Source: Verrucomicrobiales bacterium (GTDB taxonomy: Bacteria; Verrucomicrobiota; Verrucomicrobiia; Verrucomicrobiales; V1-33). Taken from it: 15,349 nt of DNA. The notes under the pieces were generated by a model. The model worked only from the letters and a program-made list of their open reading frames with translations, was not told the DNA's origin and did not search any database. The DNA lies in contig JANOAV010000148.1 in assembly GCA_031411295.1 (NCBI GenBank), positions 1 to 15,349 of the forward strand. The letters are read 5' to 3'. Positions 1 to 6,865 of this stretch are shown here, piece after piece. The number at the start of each line of letters is the position of its first letter. Positions within the stretch are counted from its first letter, which is position 1. The position numbers and the translations under genes are program-made.

Positions 1-2
1 CG

Positions 3-3000
3 AGACTGGCAGCGCTGAGGTTCACACACACGCGGGCTAAAAAGGCTGGGCCGCAGGCCGCGCCGTATGTGGCGAAACTGACGGCAGTGCGGTCGCGCAT
101 GGACGGCTCCCACGACTGGACGCCAGCAGAGGCAGTGGCCATGCTGGACGAACTCGCGGCCATCACCACGGAGCCGGTGCACTTGGCGAACCGGCCTTTT
201 GAGTTCCATGAATCGCGCAAAATCAGTCCCGGCAAGCCGCTGCCGAAGGAGCTCGAAAGCGCGGCGGCGTGGGGCAAGCCTGCTGAGAGCGGGCTGCGTG
301 CGGCGTGGCTGCTGGAGCCAGCTCCATCGGTAGGAGCGTTGACCTTAAGCTCGGTGGCTCGCGTAGAATATGACTACCGGCTCGGCACGGTGCTGAAGAC
401 CCGCGTGCTTTTCCACAACGCGGGCAACGTGCCGGTCGTATTCCGGACGGAGACCTGGCATCAGGCCGACGGGCACGCCGCGCGAGATGCGAAGGGCGCG
501 GAGATCATCGTAGGCAGCGCTGGGGATACCGGCCTCATACCGTTGGCGACGTTCCGCCTCGCACCGGGCGAATACTGTGAAGTGGGCGGTAACAGTATCG
601 GCATCGGCCAAGGGGAACTCAGCACGGGCGAGGCCGGCACGATCATTTGGGCGAAAGAAGGCGACGTGGTCACGCTTTCGCACACCGTGGACGCGGCGCA
701 GGGAAACAACCCGAAAGACGGGGCGAAACTGCGGAAACAAAACATCGCAGAGCGCGTCGCACGCGAAGCGCCGATGCCAGCCGCCGCTGCCGACCGCGAG
801 CGGATCATCCGTAGCGTGACACTCGATCTCACAGGTGTCGCGCCCACGTCGGAGGAAATCGCCAACTTCAACACGGATGCCGCGTCCGACGCTCTGGCCA
901 AGCTCACCGTGCGCCTGCAAGAGACGCCCGCCGCCGTGCCATGGACAGGCAAGCTGCCAACAGGCGAGACGAAATTCCGCGTCATCGCAGCCGACCCGAA
1001 CGCCGCAAAAGCGCCGCGCACCGCGAACGGGCCGGGCCGCTACGTCCTTGGCGACGGCGTGCATCTGCAAATCACCCAAACGACAGTCAATCCTCTCCGA
1101 GGAGGGGATTTCGTCCCGTTCCTACAGGACAAAGCGACCATCATTTTCCCTGACCCAAAGCCGGAGGCTGCCCGCGGGCCCAAGCCCCACGAGATTGCGC
1201 TGCCCAACGGTAGCGGCACCTATGGCATCGTCTGGGAGCGCGGCGCGGGCGCGCTGTGGGTCCTACAGAAAGATTTGGCGCGCAAATACGACTTCACCGA
1301 CCCTAGGAAAGTGCAGGAAACGCGTTTTGCCGAAGGCGGCATCACCAACATCCCCGAGCATCTGCGCGAGGCGATGAAGAAGGCGTTCGATGTGCCCGGT
1401 GCGCCAGTGCTAAAGCAATTGCCGGTGAAGCCAAATGACGGCGCGGACGCTCAGTCGAATGCAGGCGCAAAGCTCGAACGCGCCATGCTTGAAGGCACTT
1501 GGGAGGGCGAGAAGGATGGCGTGAAAGTGGAGGTGCAGTTCCAGTGGCTTTCAGAGCATCAGCAGGTGCGGTGGAGCGTGCAGACGCGGAGCGCAGGCAT
1601 CGGGGCGCAGATGTCTGTCGTGCTGGAGCCGGATGGCAGCCTCGCAAAATTTGTCTTTCGGAAAGGCGTCGAGTTTGAGGCGACGCTGGGACGTTTGACG
1701 CTGGGCGAAGGCGGCACGATGCGACTGGAAATCGTCCCGAATCCAAATCCCCGCGCGACCGAGTATCCGGCGGTGAAGGGCCTCGTGCTCAAGAAGCAGG
1801 CGGAGCCTGAATCCGGGCAGCCGGTGCCGAAGCCCGAGCCGAAAGGTGGCGCGCCAAAACTGCCCAAGCTCCCCGACAACGCCTACGCGAAGCCCGGCGT
1901 GCATTGTCAGAGTTTCCGCGAGGAAGACGCAAAGCGTCCGGGCGGCGAACTGATGGGAAATTCAGTTGAACCAAGAGTGTTACTTGAGCCGGAAAAGCTG
2001 CCGCTGGTCCTTGGATTGCGGACGGCTAGCAATGCACAATGGCACATCGGCGGCACTGCCAAAATCGGACTGGTCGTGCGCAATCGTAGTGATCACGATG
2101 TTAAATTTTCCTACTCGGACCTACTCGACAGTGGCCTCAAGATTGTGGTCATTGATGACGCAGGCAACGAATACCAAGCCAACGTCGCACGCACCGCGTT
2201 CGGCTTCGTGAAGCGTCAACAAATGCTCCTCCCAGGTGGGCATATCGCTACTGTCCGGGAATTCTCCCTTCTCTTCGATTCTGCCAAGCGTGATGTTTAC
2301 GATAGCCAGCTTGCCGCATTTCACCTACCACCGGGCCATTACAAGCTGCGCTGCACTTGGAGCGATGCCATCCCTACAGATGCTCATGAAGGCGAGTGGG
2401 CGGGGGAACTCGTGAGCGGAGAGCACGAGTTTACTCTGGCTGAGGCAATCGTTCCCAAAGCCGCTCGCACCGCCATCGCACCGGGACACCATGAACTTGG
2501 CCATGGCGTGCGGCTGGTAATCCGCAAGATGACCGACGAGGAGCATCAGACCAACAAAAAAGCAGGAGGCCCTGCCGCCTTTATGGGCACCATCATTTTC
2601 CCTGGTCCCCTGCCAGAGGCCGCACGCAGCGGCAAGCCTTATGAAATCGTCCTTGAAGAAATTTTCGCCTTCGCGTGGGAGCCAGGAGCAAAGAAACTCT
2701 GGGTGACGGACATCAGCGAGGGCCAAAGGCAGATCATCTGGATGGATCTGGGCGGGAAGGATCAAACTCGCCCTGGGCCGCAGAAAGTCATGCTGCGTGA
2801 ATTTGATTTCACCGATCCTTTCAGCGTGAAACTCATTCACATCACCACGAGCGAAAATGGTGGCACCTGGTCATGGGGGAAACTGCTCCCGCTGCCGTTC
2901 CAGGCACCCGTTCTCCAGGCTCTGGGTGAAAAAGGAAAACGGCTGAGGGAGTTTGTCTCTTCCGAAAGAGCAGAGGAACCAAAAACCGCAGCCACCCCGA

Positions 3001-6000
3001 AGCTGCCGAAGCTCCCCGACGACGCCTATGCCAAACCCGGCGTGCATTGCCAGTCGTTCCCTGCGGAAGACGCGAAGCGCCCCGGCGGCGAACGGATGGG
3101 AGGCGCGCTGGAGCCTTCGAAGCCTGCAGACCGCGCCAAGGAGCCGCTGGTGCTCGGTGTCCGGACGGCCAGCGATGCCCAATGGCGCATCGGTGGCACC
3201 GCCAAAGTGGGCCTCATCGTGCGCAACTGCACCGGCGGCATCGGGCGCAATCCCCCCGGCAACGACGTGAAGTTCTCCTACACAGGCCGGCTCGACAATG
3301 GCCTGTCCGTGGTGGCGGTGGATGAAGCCGGCAAAGAACACGCCGCAACCATCGCACCAATCGACAACTGGCTCACCTTCCAGCAAATGCTGCTGCCCGT
3401 GTCTCATGTCGCCACCATCAAGGAGTTCACCCTCCGCTTCGATGCAGAGAAGCGCGACGTCTCAGAGCCGCACGTCGCGGCATTGCACCTCCCGACCGGT
3501 AAATACAAGCTGCGGTGCAAATGGAACGACGCCCGCCCCGAAGTGGCGCACGAGGGAGAATGGACGGGCGAACTCGTGAATGAGGAGCTTGCGTTCACAC
3601 TGGCTGCCGCTGTCGGGCCGACCGTGAAGACTCCGTTCCCCGCGAATGGCAACATCGTTTCCGCTGAGCCAGGTGGGGTGTGCATCGTGACCTCGGCATC
3701 CTACAAGACGGACTCCTATCCACTCGCCGAAGGCTTGAGCATCGTGGTCCGAAGCGAACTCTACCACGGCGCGGACACCTCCACCGATGTCGTTGCTCAT
3801 TGGGCTGCCACAGAGAAGCGGGCGGCAGCGCACGCGGTTTTCCAAGTCGCGTCTGATACAATGGGCAACCGCCAGCCGTGGGCAGTGCTTTGGGAAAACG
3901 GAGCACGTGCCCTCTGGTTCGCCACTGGGAAATCTTCTGGCCTGATCAGGGAACCCGCGGGCAAGACACAGCCACTGGAACAATTGGTGAGGATCGACCT
4001 GAGTGATCCTGAGAACCTGGTCAGCCACGAGTTCAGCGGGATCCCGGAGGCCGGCGGGCCATCGTCGGCGGTTCTGGAGAAATTGCGCGCACGCATGACC
4101 TGGGAGGGCACAGGGACTGAAACCACGCGCACGCTCCGTTGGGCCCAGCCAACCGCTAAAGTCGACAAGACAGCAGGAATTCTGTTCGTCTTCACTCGTG
4201 ATGCCGGGAAATTCCAAGTATCCAATGGCAAGCCATGCGATCTCGAAGGGCTCAGGGGATCCATCGAGGAAGTGGGCAAGGAGTATGCGAATCCACCGCA
4301 TCAGTTCACGCTCGTCGGTCCACCGTCGCACTGGGAGAGGATGCAGCAGGCTGCCAAGCAACTGCGCGGCTGGCATCCCAGCATTGCAGGTGGCGCGGAG
4401 GAAACTCCAGCCGCCACGCCGCCTGTAGGATCGACCGATCCAACACCCGGCGCGAAGCTCCAGCCCGCCACGGAGCAGAAACTGAAATGGGGCGAACCCG
4501 TGAATGGACTTCGGATGGCGCTGGCGTGGCCGCCGGTGCTTGGTGAGCCGGGGATGGGCGATGCGCCGGAGTTTTATATCGTCGTGCAGAATGTGTCGGA
4601 AAAGGCGCTGCAGCTCACCGCGAATGACGCCGCGCCAAATCCCCGCATGCTGAACCTTTTCGACGCAACGCTCGTGTCGAGAACCGCGGATGACGTGCCG
4701 ATCTCAATGGACTGCCTGCTGCTGCCGCGCGAGGCCGCGTTTGTCCGCCTGTTCCATGCAGAGCAGAAATTTGAAGACGGTCGCACGTCTTCTGTCCTGA
4801 AGGAAAACGTCGTGAGCACCCTGGGGCAATACAGCTACACGGCGGAAATGACCATCGGGAAGGCCCCGGCGGGCGCGTGGACGGGGAAGCTGGTGACGGG
4901 AGCGACCCGCGGCTCGGCGGACGTGCTTGAGGCGGGAAAACCAATCGCCCTGAGATCGGCACCGCCAATGTCCTGGGGTGTGCCTCAAGATGGCTTGAGA
5001 GGCGCCTTCCGGATCATCGGTGAAATGCGCCCGGGCGGGCAGGCGAAGGCGGAGCTGTGGGTGTGGAATGCCAGCACTGACGTGGTGAAGCTTTCCTGGA
5101 CTGAACGCGCGGACATCGGTCTCGCCGTCATGATGAGCGACGGAACCAACCCCGCACGCGAAGCGCCCGTGACGCGTGACAAGAAGGATTTCCAACTGCA
5201 CTACCTCGTGCTTCCCGCCGGGCAGGCTGTAAAGCTGAAGGAGTTTGCGGTCCGGCTCGGCAGTGCTCCGAATGATGCTCCCGCCGGCACCGTCAGCCTT
5301 CCCCTGACGCCGGGTGACTGGACGCTGCAGGCCAAGTGGTCGGACTCCCGGCACATCATCGATGCCGCGCCGGAATGGCATGGCGTGCTGGAGACCTGGG
5401 AGGTGAAACTGAAGGTCACACCCGAAGGCGCGACCGTGGCGGCAGCGCCAGCCGTGAAAGCCAAGTGGCCGCCGGTGCGGCAGAAAACGGAATGGAGCGA
5501 CGAATTCCTGGCGCACAGCAAGGCCGTCGCAGAAGCCCGCGGCACGCCCGATGCGAAGCCCGAGGACCTCATCGCCTGGGGTGCGGAGGAGAACGGGCTG
5601 CGCACGGGATTGCTCATGGCGCCCCGCGTCACGCTGGGCGGACAATTGCCGACACGGATGGTGCTGCGCAATGTCACCAATGACGTGAGGGAACTCGGAC
5701 TGTCGCTTTCCTTGAACCGCCTGACCGCCTCCGCGCAGACACCGGACGGAAAGCTGCTCCAGGTTCACAAGACTCAACTCAGGGGCGAATACGCACTCTA
5801 CAAAGTGACGCTGACGCCAGGGGAGCAGGTGGAATTCGAGGGGCCGCCGGTGCAGTTCGGCGTGGAGTATGACGAGGAAACGAAGAAGGTGAAAATGCCG
5901 AAGTATCCCATCTGCGGAGTGGAGACGGGCGCGGGGAAAGTGCATGTGCATTTTAAGGTAGAGGCCAAGACGGGCGAGGCATCGGTAGAAGTCGTTCCCA

Positions 6001-6293
6001 CGAGGGATGCTGCGCCAGCACCGATGGAGAAGCCGAAGACCAGCGATGCCGCACCTCGGCGGAAAGTGGACTGGAGCAAGCTTCCGCCGATGAGTTTCTT
6101 CAAAGGCAACTATGATCCGGAACTGCTCGCCCGACTGGCCAAGCAGCCCGGGAAGCTGAACGAAGAAAGCGAATCGGGCACAAAGCTCTGGTCTCTTGCC
6201 GGGCAGATTCTCAGGGCAGCGGTGGAAGGAGACCCGCAATTCCGACATTTGTTTTCCGCTCAGAAAACTGCACAACGTGCCGCGCATGGATAG
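3..6293 (+). CDS. Giant modular, probably extracytoplasmic protein (>2090 aa, 5'-partial); possibly the C-terminal part of a BlaR1/M56-type or ECF-fused receptor
   Basis: The frame is open from base 3 (RLAALRFTHTRAKKAGPQAAPYVAKL...), so the GTG at 69 is probably not the true start; stop TAG at 6291-6293. Contains repeated 'WGxxxxGLR...N...WxGxL' modules, Pro/Ala/Lys-rich linkers and a DUF1549-like fragment. No N-terminal or TM domain is in the window, so the receptor assignment is inference. Confidence 0.85.
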   Translation, partial: RLAALRFTHTRAKKAGPQAAPYVAKLTAVRSRMDGSHDWTPAEAVAMLDELAAITTEPVHLANRPFEFHESRKISPGKPLPKELESAAAWGKPAESGLRAAWLLEPAPSVGALTLSSVARVEYDYRLGTVLKTRVLFHNAGNVPVVFRTETWHQADGHAARDAKGAEIIVGSAGDTGLIPLATFRLAPGEYCEVGGNSIGIGQGELSTGEAGTIIWAKEGDVVTLSHTVDAAQGNNPKDGAKLRKQNIAERVAREAPMPAAAADRERIIRSVTLDLTGVAPTSEEIANFNTDAASDALAKLTVRLQETPAAVPWTGKLPTGETKFRVIAADPNAAKAPRTANGPGRYVLGDGVHLQITQTTVNPLRGGDFVPFLQDKATIIFPDPKPEAARGPKPHEIALPNGSGTYGIVWERGAGALWVLQKDLARKYDFTDPRKVQETRFAEGGITNIPEHLREAMKKAFDVPGAPVLKQLPVKPNDGADAQSNAGAKLERAMLEGTWEGEKDGVKVEVQFQWLSEHQQVRWSVQTRSAGIGAQMSVVLEPDGSLAKFVFRKGVEFEATLGRLTLGEGGTMRLEIVPNPNPRATEYPAVKGLVLKKQAEPESGQPVPKPEPKGGAPKLPKLPDNAYAKPGVHCQSFREEDAKRPGGELMGNSVEPRVLLEPEKLPLVLGLRTASNAQWHIGGTAKIGLVVRNRSDHDVKFSYSDLLDSGLKIVVIDDAGNEYQANVARTAFGFVKRQQMLLPGGHIATVREFSLLFDSAKRDVYDSQLAAFHLPPGHYKLRCTWSDAIPTDAHEGEWAGELVSGEHEFTLAEAIVPKAARTAIAPGHHELGHGVRLVIRKMTDEEHQTNKKAGGPAAFMGTIIFPGPLPEAARSGKPYEIVLEEIFAFAWEPGAKKLWVTDISEGQRQIIWMDLGGKDQTRPGPQKVMLREFDFTDPFSVKLIHITTSENGGTWSWGKLLPLPFQAPVLQALGEKGKRLREFVSSERAEEPKTAATPKLPKLPDDAYAKPGVHCQSFPAEDAKRPGGERMGGALEPSKPADRAKEPLVLGVRTASDAQWRIGGTAKVGLIVRNCTGGIGRNPPGNDVKFSYTGRLDNGLSVVAVDEAGKEHAATIAPIDNWLTFQQMLLPVSHVATIKEFTLRFDAEKRDVSEPHVAALHLPTGKYKLRCKWNDARPEVAHEGEWTGELVNEELAFTLAAAVGPTVKTPFPANGNIVSAEPGGVCIVTSASYKTDSYPLAEGLSIVVRSELYHGADTSTDVVAHWAATEKRAAAHAVFQVASDTMGNRQPWAVLWENGARALWFATGKSSGLIREPAGKTQPLEQLVRIDLSDPENLVSHEFSGIPEAGGPSSAVLEKLRARMTWEGTGTETTRTLRWAQPTAKVDKTAGILFVFTRDAGKFQVSNGKPCDLEGLRGSIEEVGKEYANPPHQFTLVGPPSHWERMQQAAKQLRGWHPSIAGGAEETPAATPPVGSTDPTPGAKLQPATEQKLKWGEPVNGLRMALAWPPVLGEPGMGDAPEFYIVVQNVSEKALQLTANDAAPNPRMLNLFDATLVSRTADDVPISMDCLLLPREAAFVRLFHAEQKFEDGRTSSVLKENVVSTLGQYSYTAEMTIGKAPAGAWTGKLVTGATRGSADVLEAGKPIALRSAPPMSWGVPQDGLRGAFRIIGEMRPGGQAKAELWVWNASTDVVKLSWTERADIGLAVMMSDGTNPAREAPVTRDKKDFQLHYLVLPAGQAVKLKEFAVRLGSAPNDAPAGTVSLPLTPGDWTLQAKWSDSRHIIDAAPEWHGVLETWEVKLKVTPEGATVAAAPAVKAKWPPVRQKTEWSDEFLAHSKAVAEARGTPDAKPEDLIAWGAEENGLRTGLLMAPRVTLGGQLPTRMVLRNVTNDVRELGLSLSLNRLTASAQTPDGKLLQVHKTQLRGEYALYKVTLTPGEQVEFEGPPVQFGVEYDEETKKVKMPKYPICGVETGAGKVHVHFKVEAKTGEASVEVVPTRDAAPAPMEKPKTSDAAPRRKVDWSKLPPMSFFKGNYDPELLARLAKQPGKLNEESESGTKLWSLAGQILRAAVEGDPQFRHLFSAQKTAQRAAHG
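1011..1330 (+). repeat. Second intragenic module type (B1), repeated at about 2457-2840 (B2) and weakly at about 3705-4020 (B3)
   Basis: B1 APRTANGPGRYVLGDGVHLQI...TIIFPDPKPEAARGPKPHEIAL...WERGAGALWV...YDFTDP; B2 AARTAIAPGHHELGHGVRLVI...TIIFPGPLPEAARSGKPYEIVL...WEPGAKKLWV...FDFTDP; B3 YPLAEGLSIVV...WENGARALWF...IDLSDP. Confidence 0.85.
1854..2443 (+). repeat. Intragenic module repeat, copy A2 (paralogous to 2997-3605)
   Basis: PKLPKLPDNAYAKPGVHCQSFREEDAKRPGGELMG...LVLGLRTASNAQWHIGGTAKIGLVVRN...YKLRCTWSDA...HEGEWAGELV...FTLA aligns along its whole length with the second copy. Confidence 0.95.
2997..3605 (+). repeat. Intragenic module repeat, copy A3 (paralogous to 1854-2443)
   Basis: PKLPKLPDDAYAKPGVHCQSFPAEDAKRPGGERMG...LVLGVRTASDAQWRIGGTAKVGLIVRN...YKLRCKWNDA...HEGEWTGELV...FTLA; the first 35 aa are 31/35 identical to copy A2. 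Confidence 0.95.
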
Positions 6294-6306
6294 GTAGATA
6301 CCAACT

Positions 6307-6792
6307 GTGACTCCAATGCTCCACAACAATACATTCCAGCAGATAAAGAAACTGGCATTACGAGACGATCTGACCGCCTATGAAGCCGTTGCCCATCTGG
6401 CCAATGCACCCTGCCAGTGCGTTTTATCCAGTTGGACGCTTACTCCTGAGGAGTTGCTTCAGTGGGCGGAGCCCAAACACATTCGCCTTGTGGAGCTTCT
6501 TCCAACGATTCGTGACGCGATTGCTCAATGGCTGCCAACTAACGTTTATGCTGGCAGGCAGATGCCGGTTGACGCCCAAACTCTGGTCGAGGGTATTGCA
6601 ATCGAGCGCATCAACTATTACCACAACGAAGACCCTCGATATCGACACCCAGACGGAACCACGATCACCATCATGTCAAATTTGCACCAGAATATCGACG
6701 TGGGCAGGGACGAAAGTTTCCTCGGCACGGTTGATATTATGATCATGCTGGACGAGGATCTGAACATCAAAAAAATTTACTGCGATGGATAG
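6307..6792 (+). CDS. Hypothetical protein, 161 aa (alternative start ATG 6316)
   Basis: Fills the gap between the giant ORF and the hydrolase, with globular-looking composition. Sampled 60-nt lines are 40-52% GC, against about 63-67% in sampled lines of the upstream gene. No family recognised with confidence. Confidence 0.75.
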   Translation: MTPMLHNNTFQQIKKLALRDDLTAYEAVAHLANAPCQCVLSSWTLTPEELLQWAEPKHIRLVELLPTIRDAIAQWLPTNVYAGRQMPVDAQTLVEGIAIERINYYHNEDPRYRHPDGTTITIMSNLHQNIDVGRDESFLGTVDIMIMLDEDLNIKKIYCDG

Positions 6793-6865
6793 CTTACGAT
6801 TCATGAAGGATGCGGATGTTCAATGCACGGGATGCCGCGCAAACAACTAACAGTCATACGAAGAA

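Noticed and set aside
1470..1800. TIGR03067/lipocalin-like domain (LEGTW motif) in the giant protein
   Set aside because: Only the short N-terminal motif matches by eye; insufficient without a profile search.
1854..3605. A2/A3 repeat pair as a diversity-generating retroelement template/variable pair
   Set aside because: Both copies are in-frame coding, differences in the compared leader are mostly synonymous and not adenine-specific, and no reverse transcriptase is in the window.
4704..6329. 541-aa minus-strand ORF and the other antisense or alternate-frame ORFs in the track
   Set aside because: Shadows of GC-rich plus-strand genes; Arg/His-rich with no recognisable motifs and overlapping better-supported CDSs.
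6260..6865. Integron cassette or IS boundaries around the low-GC gene
   Set aside because: No convincing attC inverted structure, terminal inverted repeats, target duplication or recombinase found.
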